From NCBI GenBank assembly GCA_012295275.1, contig CM022669.1, forward strand, positions 2,108,001 to 2,172,000: a DNA stretch of 64,000 bases. The letters run 5' to 3'. The notes beneath the pieces were generated by a model. That model saw only the letters and a list, made by a program, of their open reading frames with translations. It was not told the DNA's origin and searched no databases. This DNA is from Chrysomallon squamiferum (Eukaryota > Animalia > Mollusca). The position numbers were made by a program, and so were the translations under genes. Below are positions 33,579 through 47,368 of the stretch, piece by piece (within the stretch, counting starts at the first letter, position 1; every line of letters starts with the position of its first letter).

Positions 33579-34300
33579 TTTGTCTGATCACGTGACTTAT
33601 AAAAACGCCATTCAGAATCAGGAATGATGTACTGTGTGGATGATGGGTGAAAGATTATCCTGGGTTGGGCAATGGGTATCAGCATTGGCTGTTTACGCAC
33701 CGAGTAGATGTTTATCTGTGACTAAGTCAAAATGAATGAAAACACACCCGAACAAGAAATTTCTAAAACACTTAATATGTATATAAAAGGTATAATTTAC
33801 TGCTAACGTTGTTACCATTTTGATATATATTTGTTTTTAATTAATACTTTTATTTATTTATTTTTTTATATATATATTTTAGTTTGTCATTTTTTTTAAT
33901 TTTTTATTTAGCTATAAAATTTCTTAGAGATTATCATTAATATTTTTAATAATATTATATTTTGTTATTTATTTATTTCTTTGTTATGTAGATCATCAAA
34001 CAGAACAGAAATATTTGTACTGGAACAATGAGACGAACGTTAACTACAATGGTAACCCACTGACAGTTACCTGTTAAAACGAAATTACTGTTTTTGCATT
34101 CATTACATCTCATATATTAAGTTCTCTTGTTTTATTACTTTTTAATAGGTGTTGCGTGATTAAGGTTTGCACTGTTTATTGTAGATAGATGGGTATTTTA
34201 CTTCATGATGAAACTCAAGTTATATATGCAACAATAGATGACGTTAATGATGCTTGAAGGAGTGAATACAGTTTGTCTGACCACGTGACTTATAACAACG
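33579..34300. promoter_or_regulatory. Two 29-bp direct-repeat modules (GTCT + CACGTGAC + TTATAA) upstream of follistatin
   Basis: TTTGTCTGATCACGTGACTTATAAAAACG (33579-33607) and TTTGTCTGACCACGTGACTTATAACAACG (34272-34300) are 27/29 identical, and their flanks are unrelated. Confidence 0.55.
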
Positions 34301-34357
34301 AACTTAAACTGTCACTGGTTCTTGATCAGTTATGGTGTTTGCATGTGTGCTTTTATG

Positions 34358-34427
<70 letters not shown>

Positions 34428-36123
34428 CTTTAAGTGAGAGAGGTGTATATGACATACAGTGTCTTGCAATGATTTCAATTACAATATATGAGCACTTGAA
34501 ACTGTTTAATTAATCTTCTAGTAACACAATATTGAGTAATTTAAATGCCTTCTTTGCGTATTTTTGATAAACCTTATCTGAATACTGAGTTTCAAATGAC
34601 TGGTAAGTTAGTTGTTCATTTCTTCCGTTTCCTTGCAATTATTAATCGTCTTCACTCATTACACAGGGCTGTTGTTATGGAAAACCTTCCTCGATATTTC
34701 TCTCGATTATTTGCATCCTATCAAACGCTGTGGTATGTACTTTGTTGACTGTGGCAAAGTGCATAATAAAATATTTATTGAGAAAGTTTAATCTGTAGTG
34801 TGACAGCAATAATTTTTCACTCTCATATTATTTGGTCGTAACGCAGGTATATGCATTTATATAATAATGTAAATTAACGTTTTTGTCAACATTTATATTC
34901 CCGATCACGAAAAACATTTTTGTTATCAAAAACTGGTGTGCTTTACTGCTAAACATATTTATTGTAGGTGGAGTTATTTTGCTGAATACCTGGTTATAAA
35001 TTGATGCTTGATTTACACAAACATTTTAAATGACATATTTTTTTATAATCTCTAAATTTCAGTCATTTAAAAAATAATACCCCCCCAAACAACAGGAATT
35101 AATAAAGAAAGGCTTAAAAAATATATAAATAATTATTTTAAAGGTCCGATAATATCTGTCAGAAGAAAAAGACACTTTTCCGTGATCAGCGGTAACAGAT
35201 AAGGTTAACGTTTTCAAATTACGTCGATAACTCGATTTATCTGCAGACATTATATAAATATCAGAAGCAGCCTCAGGCTTCGTGGATCGCATAGCTGACT
35301 TCGGTTCCTGCCTCATTTCTTCATTGTATAAAAAATATCACCGTTAATACTTTAATGTTTTGAGTAGTCGTTAAAATTTTATACAAAATTAGTTTTCGTG
35401 CAGAAGAGTCTATCCTAACCAGAACCTTAGGACGTTCTCTCTTCCCTGCCAAATTTAGGAAACAATAAACCCTGCGCGACCCAGCCGGAAACAGTGTGAA
35501 ACCCAAATGTAAAAATTGAATAATCTTTAAAAATCAAACAGTACAAGTATGTTGTTGTTGTTTTTTTGGTGTCTCGTATGTACATTAATTTTGTTAGTGA
35601 ACACAGTTATTTGGCCAGTGAACAAAAGCTTAAACGAAAGATTAAATTTTAATTTTTGCTTTCATTTTAATTTTGTATAATATTATTATTATTGTTGTTG
35701 TTATTATTATTATTGTTATTGATATTATGTGTTTGTGAGTTTCTTCTTGAGAATACCGAAGAACGTAGCAGAATTTATAAACAACAAGGAAAGGACTCCA
35801 AAAACATCGATAAGGGAAGTAATTAGAGATTTAATCTCTGTATTTATACACATTAGAATTCGAAGTATTAACAAAATTATTAAATACATGTATTACTATT
35901 TAAAACAGAAAATCTATAAATGTTCTGATTCATGTAATATGTGTAGTAGAAACTTGTAAATAAAGAAGTATACTGGGACCATAAACCAATTACTTCATAT
36001 GCTGTCGCTTACTGCCGTGGAGCCATGCTGTCACATATGTCTTATGGATTTGAATAACCTGGATGTATGAGTGAGAAATATACAATTTAAAAAACAACAA
36101 ACAATCTGCTTTTCGCAAACAGA

Positions 36124-37632
36124 TGACGTGTCAGTCTTTAACTAAATGGGACATTCGCTATATTTCACATTTTATTATCTTTCATTTAGGTGAAGACGAC
36201 ATTCACAGTGCAAACGAAGATGGCAATAAAGTCCAAATTGGAGAATGTGTAGTCTGGAAGAAATATTAGGCTCATTAATGTTGAAATAAAAAATAATAAA
36301 TAAATAAATAGTTTGATCTAAATAATCATAGAGTGACTGTAACTAAGAAGATGCTGTTGCCCGTCGAAATCCGGACCAAAGCTGGAAAAAAATCACATAA
36401 TTTGAACTTACTCAAGTTTTACTCGGTACACCCAGTACAATTAAAATAAATTTTACAGCTGCACCTGTAACCATCCTAACCTAACAAATTTCACTCAACC
36501 TAGCCTACAATTTTCTTTTTAAATACTATCTGTGTGACGTTTGTTTACATAGTTTTTATGTATGTATATTGTTCTTAAATTTTTGTATTACTGCATATCA
36601 TATAGTTGTTATGTTACTAAACTTTAAAGTTTCGATAAATTTTAGGGTTGTTTATTTACATTCGCATTTTCTCAGATATTTACATTTTTCATACCAGTGC
36701 TCCCGCCTATTAATCTGTGAAATGGTAGGTCAATAGTAGTTGTTTGTATCCACGATGTTAGAAAATTGGTATTGGGAAGGATCTTTAAAACTGCTTTTGA
36801 TGTAGAAATCGGGGGGGGGGGTGGACAGAGACCCTGATGGGCAAACCATCTTTAGGACATAACCCTATTTAGCGGTAATATCATATAACAACCACTTAAC
36901 TTTTGTGCCCCTTTAACTTTTAATTGGGCTTCACTGTTGTTTCAACAGGTCTGCCGTCATAATGGACAGTGAGGCATTAAGGTTCTGTTCAGAAACTTTT
37001 TTGACTAATCTATGAAGATAAAAACTGGTTTCACAAGATAGCAACAAATTAACCACCATGTCTGGTTCAGAGACGAACTTTTACTGTTTTTGGCTCTTAA
37101 ACTTGCACTGTTATGGAAGCCATTCACAAACAGCAACGCATCTGGGTAACGTCTTCATAGATATTTGAATAATAATAGTATAAAGAGGAAAATATTTAAC
37201 TCAGATATATGTATAAAAAAAATGAAATCATCATTTGAATGGAATCAAAAATAAAATAAAACAAAAAACAATAAAGAAAAAAAAATAAGAAAGAAAAACG
37301 TAAAAAAAGTAAAACAGATTGATATAAATTGAAACCAAAACGAGTTTATAGCGATTCAAAAAAGATCTGATATCCACGTCAGATTTATTTCCGGTTCCGT
37401 TATTAGTAATTTTGAAAATAGAAAATAAATAATACTGAATCTGGCTTCTTCTTTTAAGTCAGTGGTTGTCAAAAGTAACAACACAAACCTATGTTATCTG
37501 TATTTATTCTGGATTGTGTTTTGATCATGAAAATTAAATTCACCTCTTTACAAGGCTATAAACTAATATGTTTCTGCCTTCCGAATTAGTGTCGGTATAC
37601 CGGATGTGTCAATAAATCGTCGAGTGACGTGT
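36124..37632. promoter_or_regulatory. CRE-like/UPRE (TGACGTG[G/T]) sites upstream of the CREB3-family gene
   Basis: TGACGTGT at 36124-36131, CCACGTCA (TGACGTGG on the minus strand) at 37374-37381, and TGACGTGT at 37625-37632, about 50 nt before the ATG. Confidence 0.5.
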
Positions 37633-37681
37633 CTTTTATCAACCAGAAGTAAAGAAAGGGATTAAACAATCTGATGCAAAA

Positions 37682-40600
37682 ATGGCAGTAGAAACATCAA
37701 CGAATGTTCTTGACATTCTTTTTGATGAAAATGATGGTTTGCTGCAAAAGGAGTGCCAGGGCGTCCCTTCTTTTGAGTTTGGCGATTTGGTTAGTAAAGT
37801 TTACAGTCGGAGTCGTGAAACACTGAAATCATATTACTTCTTTTGCGTTTGTTATAAAATCATATTGCATGGTTACTAGCAATATAGATTACACAGTTTA
37901 TAGTATATACAACTATACTGTTTTTTACTGTCTGTTATTTTGTTTGTATTAAGATCAAATTTATATTTCATTATTTGACACATGGACCCTCTCCATTGTT
38001 ATTTTCCATACTCCCCATAGTGACTAATCATCAGTATAATGTTGTTAATAGTATATATATGTCAAGAATCTTAGAATGTAAATTACTGACATTGATAATT
38101 AAAAATAATATGTAGCAGATATTATACAGTCAGTTTAATGGTGAAATTTTCAGGATACATTATTTATCCATTAAATGCAATAATACAAACTGAATGTAAC
38201 CCACTTTCTGTCAGTTTTGAATCCCAAATATATTAACAAAATAACTAGTATTAGGAAATAAAGTAATTATATGCTTTTGGTTCAGGCATTTGTCATAGAT
38301 AGATTAAATCTGAAATGTCAAGTCATTTTTTTGGCAGTCACTAATAACAATAAAAATTAATATTTTAATAATCATTTTGATGGATTTCAGTATTTAACAT
38401 TCTTATCCAGTATTTAACAATTTTTTTGTGCCCATGTCACAGCATTTGAAATCTGGATAATATTACTAAATTAATTTTGCAGTAGGATTGCAACAGCAGT
38501 TTTAAAGAAAAGGCAAATTTTTATACTGTTTGTCTTCAAGAAGTATTTTTAAAGTAGGTTTCTATGTACCTGAAAACGCCTATTCATTTTAAGTGGAAAT
38601 ATCTTAATGTTTAAAAACAAATTATTATGTGGATCTGAAAACAGTCAAAGATTGCAGAATAAAATGCCTACTGACTTGTTACTTCTCTCAGTTTTGCAGT
38701 GTGTTTTAAGTGATTGCTGCAGCAAGTTGCTGATGACCACTTCTGTTCAGAAATGAATTATTTTAAAAATAATAATAATTGTTATGGGTCATTCCATGTC
38801 AAATCACCCAATGGTTTAAACCCGATCGTCTCAAATTTTTATGAAATTTGGTATACTTGTTGACTGGGATCCCACAGCACCAAATCTAAAATTTTAGCTC
38901 AATCAGACCAGTGGTGTGGGAGATACGGCCCACCGAATTTTGAGATTTGGGTGTGACCACCAACTTAGAACCCTCATATCTCAGGAACTACTGGGCCAAT
39001 CTTCATAAAATTGGTATTGTTAGAAAGGCAAAATGACAAGGATACCAAATCTGCCATTTTTGTTTAGTTTGGAAAATATTGGAGTACCTTGACCTTTTGA
39101 CCTTTGCTATGACCTTGAAATTGACCGTGTGGATCACGTGATCTTGAGATGACCTTTATTGAAATTTAATCTCCCACATGTTAACTAAAACATATAAAAG
39201 TTTCCTGGGTGTAATATGTTTTGTTTAGCCACAATATAGATTTAAAAAATGCACATACATGAAAATAACACCTTTTCAGCCATTAACATCTGATTAACTA
39301 AAACCTGAATGATCTAGGGATCACCATCTTTCTTGATCATTGAGTAAGACATTGTAGGCCTACATGTATGCATAAAGTTCACATAAATTTTATGAAGATT
39401 GGCCCAGTAGTTCCTGAGATATAAGGGTTCTAAGGTTGGTGGTCACACCCATTTTTGGCAAAAATCTCAAAATTCAGTGGGCCATATCTCTCACACCACT
39501 GGTCTGATTGGGCTAACATTTCATGCTGTGGGATCCTCAGTCAACAAGTATACCAAGTTTTATAAAAATCTGAGACGGTCGGGTTTAAATTTCTTTTTTG
39601 GGGGGGTGATTTGACCCTTATGCAATGCTGAATTTCTTTTTTCTTTTTCCCCTTCTTTTTCAGGACCTTGATATTGATCTACTTCATGATGATTTGTTCG
39701 AGTCTCTCTTGAGCATTCCAGAGAACAGCACAGATGACCAGCAGGTAGAAGTGAACCAAAATGTTCACTCCGATCATGATTACTTTGCTCAGAAATCTCC
39801 ATCAGACCACAGCGACAGTGGTGTTTCAGTGGACTTCAGTGCAGCAGAATCACCTCCAGTAGAAATGAGTGAGGATCATTCTAGGGTTGCATGTTCTGAA
39901 CATATAAATTCATCAAGTTCATCTCAGGAGAATGTCAGTGTAGATCTGTCAATGACTAACAGCTCTGACAGTCCTCTAGGTGTTGGAATGGAGGATATGG
40001 ATATGCAAAGTTTTGATTTTGATACATTCAGTGTTTTTGATGATTCTCATTTAATGATGACTAAAGACAATGATGTTGCTATAAATTTTGGTAAGAAAAC
40101 TGTCATCTTCTGAATACCTAGTTCTTATAGCATTCATTAAATCATGAAAACTGCTTGAATTTGTGATTTTAACGTTCTGGACTAGAATATTTTTGAAAAG
40201 TTGTGAAAAGTAGTTTAATTTATCAAAGAATAAAAATATACAATAATTAATCCTTTTATTATTTGAAAGTTAAATCAAATAAAGGTTATTTGTTAATGTA
40301 ATGATGGAAAAACTAGCCATTATATATCCAGATGATCTTAGATAAAAATACTGATGTATTTAGAATCTAATACACTTGAAGGTGTAAGAACCATGATATA
40401 GTTGTTTTGCCTGAAGTCAGAGATGTCTGTACAAACTAACTTATTTCTTTTGACATTTCTTCATACTAACCTTTTTTTTGTTAATATGTTCATATGTTGT
40501 TTTGTTTAGTGAACACTGTAATTAAGTTTCTGTTGTTAGCTAATTGAGGAAAAAATTACATTAAAAAAGAATGAAATCAGATTTTTCTTATTGTCTGCAA

Positions 40601-43542
40601 AGTCATTAACCATATGCATGATGAAATTACAAATTTAGATTAGAAATTGTTGACTATGTCATCGAAACAAAACATTTCCTCCAATTCTTACTCTTAATCA
40701 TCCAAATGCTTTGTTTTATTATTATTAATATTTTTAATTAACATATCATCATTCAATCATACTTGCAAATCATATATTAAAGAAGTTTGTTTCTACTGGT
40801 GTAAACAAGACAACTAAATGTAAAACAAATTTTCATTTAATAATGATGCTAGATATGCATAAGTTCATAAGTATTTAGGATTATGTCATTGCAATTGGGG
40901 TAATTTTGTTTTCTGTGATTCATAATTTTATTAATACTTTTCCATGCCTTTAACATGTGATTCTTTAAGAGTAAAAAAAACAAGCTAAATTTACTAAATA
41001 TATTGTTAAACACATTTTAAAAATATTAGGTTAAATGGAATGTTTTTGTTTTTATATTAATGCTCCCCAGGCTGTATAGAGTTTGACTCAGTCCATATTT
41101 TACTTCAGATGTTGCTGATGTTGGAACAAACACTGAAGACACGGCATATGTCACAGTTAACACAGGACAGAAGAAGAACATTCAGATAGTTCAGGTGGTG
41201 AAAGGAACAAAAACACAGACATTACCATTCACACTGAAAGACATACAACAACATGTCACCAGCTCATCAAAGGTTTGTGCTAGTGTCTACAACACAGTAA
41301 AACTCTTTATTTAATAACATGTTGATACTAGACTATGATACAGTGCACAGGTTACATTCGTTTTATTAAATAATATTAACTAGCTGAATATATTTTGTTG
41401 GATTACAACATTATATATTAAGTTTTGCATATATTTACAGTTACAGTGTCCATTAAGTCTTGTTTTCCTTATTAGCATTTTTATTTGTTATTATTGTTTT
41501 CAATATTTTAGTATGTGTTATATTTTTACAGTTCCCAGAACTCAGACTAACAGATGAGGAGAAAGAACTCTTGGCTAGAGAGGGGATAACTCTTCCAACC
41601 AACATGCCTCTCACTAAGGAAGAAGAACGAGCACTAAAAGCAGTCCGCAGGAAAATCAGAAACAAAGTATAAACTTCAACCAGTCTGTTTCTGTGTTATA
41701 ATGAATAGTTTTACCTCAGGATTAATTTTTACAAAATAACAGAAATGATGAATTACTATTTTATTACAATTACTCATCTATTTTCATTTTATTGAAATTT
41801 TTGTAAAACTTTCTTTTTCCACATATTAAAATACATTAACATGTTAAGATTCATTCTCTAGCATAAATATACTCTAAATTAAGGCACCCATATTTTTCTT
41901 TATTACTTTTTTTTTACTATCATAAAATTGTTTGTTACAGTAATAAAATTGTTATATACAAAATGTTACAGATATCTGCTAAGGAAAGTCGTAAAAGGAA
42001 GATGACGTATGTTGATGGCTTAGAGCACAGAGTGAAAATATGTACCACAGAGAATGCTCAGCTACAGAAAAAAGTGAAGGCTCTAGAAACACAAAATATG
42101 TAAGTTGATTTTATTAATACAGTGATATCCAGAAATGGTTTGATTTATTTTGGGTTATGCATTTGTCATGATTGGATGTCAAATTAAATCTATTTTTTGA
42201 AACTTTTGCAAGATCAAAAACTGTTTAAATTTCTTTAAGCATTTAGAAGACATGTTCTGTTGATATTTTGAGGGGATTTTAGGATTCTTAATTTTTATTT
42301 ATTTCTTTTTTATGAACATTTAATTCTTTTTTGTTAATTCAGAAAAGAAAGACAGAAAAAATTAATTCTTTAGTAATACGTATTGATTGTGACATTTATT
42401 TCAAATTTTCTAGGACTCTGATAGCACAGTTAAAGAAGTTACAAGCAATGGTGACTACGAAATCAAACAAACCAGCTCACACAACTGTGGCTGTAAGTCG
42501 TTTTCTTCTATATCTTGATTCATAAAAAACAATTTCCTGCTGTTTTAAGTGAATGCAGTTGCCACCCATAAAGATCCTAGTAATTCTACATTCATGACAA
42601 AATAAGGATGACCAGGTGTATATATTTTTCAAGAAAACAGACTATTTGATAATATTATCTGATCATCATTAAACATCCTATTTAAAAATGTTTAAATTAT
42701 CTTAATATGTAATTACAGTAAAGCACTGTTGATACAGCGTATTTAAAACACAGGATTTTTACTTTTTTATTATTATTTACCTCTCCAATTCTACTTTTTA
42801 TTTTGTATTTCATTTTTATTACAGGTCTTACTATTATCATTTGCTTTGTTGGTGTTCCCAAGTTTTAACCCATTTAGCAGCAAGAGTTCTCTGCCTTCAG
42901 ACCCAAAACAATTGATCATGCCAGGTAAAGGTGTTTTTTTTCAGTTGAAATGTACATTTCTGGATTGATTTCATAATATCCAATTCCTTTCAGTGACTCA
43001 ATAACTGTACCTCTGTTTTAATATTAAATTTTTATTTAAAATAGTCATGTTTTATAACACACAATTTAAAAAGGTGAACTGATAAATTTAATTTGGTTCT
43101 ATATTAATCATTCTTTTTAAAACAGTATTCTAAGATAAAAATGAGAAATTTAGTGCAGTTTTATTTGTGTGAAATAATAGAGCAGAAATAAATAATTTTT
43201 AAAATTATTTTTGTTCCAGGTAAATCTCGCAGTCTTTTATACAGTCCAGACACTAACATAAAAGATGCAGAAGATCCATATGGACTTTCAGTTAAACAGG
43301 AAGCTCCATGGCATGCGAAAGTCTCACCTGCCTTGTTTTCTGACAGACACAACATCCAAGCCACAGAACACACCACTGAAGTCCACGAGGAAGCAGCAGA
43401 TGAGAATGAATCAAATAAAACAACAGAAACAAACCCAGACAGTAATGTGCATTACAGTGAAGATGAGAGTTTTAACAGAGCACAGGATCAGAGTGATCAG
43501 AGTTTACAAAATAACAGAGACAAAGAGCAATTGGATTTATAG
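37682..43542 (+). CDS. CREB3/Luman-family ER-membrane-anchored bZIP transcription factor (CREB3/CREB3L3/CREB3L4-like), ~487 aa
   Basis: Exons 37682-37789, 39664-40090, 41109-41272, 41532-41666, 41972-42099, 42414-42492, 42825-42924 and 43220-43542 (1464 nt, phase-consistent). Features: N-terminal [12 protein letters not shown]; HCF-binding-type DHDY; DSGVS degron-like motif; ATB region [33 protein letters not shown]; b[21 protein letters not shown]...YVDGLEHRV; TM segment [14 protein letters not shown]; luminal S1P-type site RSLL. Confidence 0.93.
38786..39617 (+). mobile_element. Non-autonomous Sola2-type element (832 bp) with long TIRs and TTAT target-site duplication
   Basis: Starts GGGTCATTCCATGTCAAATCA and ends ...TGATTTGACCC (10-nt deletion in the right tip). 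About 230 bp of inverted repeat (38786-39012 vs ~39386-39617). Flanked by TTAT at 38782-38785 and 39618-39621. Sequence ~39130-39365 matches ~15610-15847 of the transposase-bearing copy. Confidence 0.85.
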
Positions 43543-46500
43543 ATAGTTTTCTTAATCCATTTTAATAACAGTGTGAAAAATATCTTTAAAGTTAAAGAAA
43601 TTGTACCCATCCCGATGAATCAATAATAATAAAAAAAATTAATAACCTAATAAATAAATATTGATTTGATCTATAGAAAAAAACTCTGAAGAGTGTAATA
43701 AAGACATTATCAGAAATGATATCAAGTTTATATGGTATGTCTAACAGCAATATATCTAACAAGAAAATACATAGGAACAGATATCTGTATTTTTTCTCAC
43801 TGAATGGATATAAGCAATTAACAAACTTGAAAATCAGTTTGAAAAAAGAAAAAATATACTGGATGAGGCATGAAACTGCATTTGATAAAAGAATTAAAAA
43901 ACATTTGTTGAAATCTAGATAAAAGAAACACTGGTGCACAGGTTCCTTTTGTTACATTATGGATACAAAAGACGAAAATCAATTTGAGAATATAGAAATG
44001 GATCATTTTTCTCTCTAACATAGCTTAGAAATATCCATATTCAATTAGATTTATTATAAAGTAAATCTGCCATGTTTCTCACAGAAGTATCAGAATTTAT
44101 ATCTAAAAAATGTGTATGGTTATCAGTAGAGATTGAAAGTGTATAGGTTAAGATGAATATACAGTCAGTCATGTCATAAAGAATGAAAATAAAATGGGCA
44201 GCTCCTAACCATGAAGAGTGAAGGAAGACAAATGACTTCATGTATCTGATTCAGGTGATTGAAAAGGATTTTTTGTTGTTGTCCTTAACACCGTGTTTTT
44301 ATTACCATGTTTGTACACCAGAGTGTGTATTTGTCATCATGTTTTGGAAAATATTTAGTCATTTGCATCATACATTTTTGTAAAATCATTATTTATTGAG
44401 AATTCAACATTAAAATTGCCATAAAATATTTGTTATATAGTGAGAAGTGCTGCCCATTGTTTATGTCCCTTGTTTTCTTATTAGAATCAAACTAAATATT
44501 AGGTCATTTATTAGAAGAAAACAAATACCTTGTCCTTCGAATCAATTAACTAGAAAGTTCATGCATTTTGTCTTTGAAGTAATAACCGATGCAAATGGTA
44601 ACTAAAAACAAACAATTTATGAATATCTTTATGTATTGAATATTCAGTTTTCAAAACTGAAAAAACTGTTTACATCCTGCAGTGCTATTACTAGTTGTTT
44701 TTCTGTGTCAAAAAATATTTTATAGCAATCAGGAGTCAAACTTGTATTTTAAATGTTTATTTACTGTCATACAGATATGGTTAAATTTAATTTTTGTGAC
44801 ATCCATCATTACCATTTATATCAATATCAGTTTAATTGAAGGGTGTGAAAATGTAATTCTGAAGTCTTAATATGTAATAAAATTCATTTTTTCTTTAAAA
44901 TTATATCTAACATGATGATATAACCATTTTTTTTTATTTGCTTGAACCATCTGTATTATATGTTGATCTAAAATCTTTAAACAAAATTTTTAAAAACATT
45001 CATGACATTACCTATGGCAGGATGCTTTCAAATCTGTATGGTTGATTACCTGTAAATATGGTTCCATATAACAGATTAAAAATGTGTTGAATGCAAATTA
45101 ACTTTATCAAAATTTCTTCCTTTATAAGTGACATTACTTCATGTTTGTGTTGTAATTATTAAACCTTTTCTTTTTTAGTGTAAATCAACACCACTTATTA
45201 CTTACATTATCACTTATTTTCAGCTCAGTGACACTTTAAACATGTAATACAATTATTCACAGAACACTTAATGTTTTAACATTTAATCTTTTAAATAAAT
45301 TTGAAACCGAGTGTTTTACAAATTCATATTTCTTAAGATCTCATGTTTGTTATCATTTTTACAGAATTGTATTTCATGTTTGCTTTGTGCCTTTCAGTAT
45401 TTTTATTTTTTATTATTTTTTTTTTATTTTCTTTTAATATTTATTTATTTTTTTTTTTTTTTTTTTTTTTAATTCCTCATTATGGGAATATGTCTAAGAA
45501 AGATATAATTATTCAAGAAGTTTTTTTTAAAATAACCACGTACTGCAATGAAATTGTTTTCCTTTACCAAAACAGCACAAACAATCTGCACTCTTATTTA
45601 GTTTTTAATGTTTATTTCAGTGTGTGTGTAATTTTAAAAATTAATTTTTTTTATAATGAAACTTGTTTTATCTTGAAAATTATGTTGTCTGAATAGTGCT
45701 CTCCACTATATTAAATAATGGATCCACCCTGCATGATTTAATACTGGATATATTACTGCAATGAAATTAACTTTAAACACATATTTTCTTTGTAAGACAA
45801 CATTCCTTTAATCTGTAAATCCAGACTAATTAGATATTTACATTATTTCCTTCATGTAAATTTAAAGCTTCAGCATTAATTTGAAATGCAAATATATTTA
45901 ATTTGACAAATGTAGATATAAATGAAAATATTTATACTCCATGAACTTTTCTATTTAAATTCCTTTCACATGAGCAATAAATGACTCATAAATGACAAGT
46001 GTGATAAAATAAATAATAAAATGTCACTGAAAATTAGCAATGAGACTTTTATTTTCAGATCTTAGTTGATAATTACTGAAATTTGAATGCAAATATTTTA
46101 ATAGCTTGTGACTTTTTTAAAATTTCTTAATAATCTGCTTGACTACTCGCCTTGTTTTCATTTTTTAAATCAAGTGACAAATGTACACATTTTCCGTATC
46201 AAATTTAACCTCTAGCAGTTGCAATGGAAAATTAAAAATTGGATGTTTCCTATTTGGCAACTGACTATATTCAGGTTGTTTTTCCATTGATTTTTTTAAC
46301 AATACAGAATGAAATAATTTTTATGTTAAAAATATCTCATTTGCAGAAATGCATTTTATCTTTGTTTTCTAGTGTGGCCTTGTTTCAGTTGCACATGGCT
46401 AAAAAAAATTATTTTATTAAATAAAATTTCTAATTCTAATGCTTTGTATCCTGTTACAATTACTCTGTACTATGTTCATTATCCACATTTTCATATTTAT

Positions 46501-47368
46501 TATAATAATGACAACTTTGTAAATGTTTCTGTTACTACCCTGCACATGAAAATTAATACTGTTTTGTTTTGACATTTTAATTTTTAATTTTGTGTTCAGA
46601 TAAAATCATTTTACATGATCATTTGCTATTAAACAAAACAAACTATTAAAATGTTCTGCTGACACATATTCTTTTGTAAAGATTGTTGTAATGTTTTGGA
46701 AGAAAAATGATAAAGATGGCTACTGAACTAACACTAATCTAGTTACTGCAGGTTTTTATATACTGAAAAATAAGTTTTGCACACAGCAAAATATTGTGAA
46801 AACTGCAAACAACCAATGATAGCAGTACTTTATCACTGCAGTAAAATAGCAATTTTACTTACAAACAAAACAACCCGAGTTCATTTACTCCATTAGCAAA
46901 TGAATAAAACTAAATGGGAATCATTGTCAGTCATGATGTGTAACTGACAAAGTTTATTTAAGTTTATTTTCAGAGTATACAAGTATTTTTAAACTCTGAC
47001 ACAAAGCCTTTACTTCTGAAGAGTTTTTATATTTATTGTTTTTCAGTACCAACTAAGGTTGCAATATTGTTTGTGTAAGCTTTATCTGATGTCATCATAC
47101 TTTCAACAAAGTTTGGGCTACTCTTGGCATGTCATAATACATTAATTACACAATATGTAATGGATCTTATTTTTATTTCTAAACTTTCACAGCATTTTTC
47201 CCATTGTAAATCACTGGATTATATGTCAATAATGCTGGTTAATCAACATATAAAATTCAAAATGATTCTGCAGTTTAATACATGAATTTTTTAAAAAGCA
47301 TGGATAAATAGAATTTAATAAAATGTTGTTTTTTTTTCTTTTTTTTCGTTCCTTTGATCAGAAATTCT

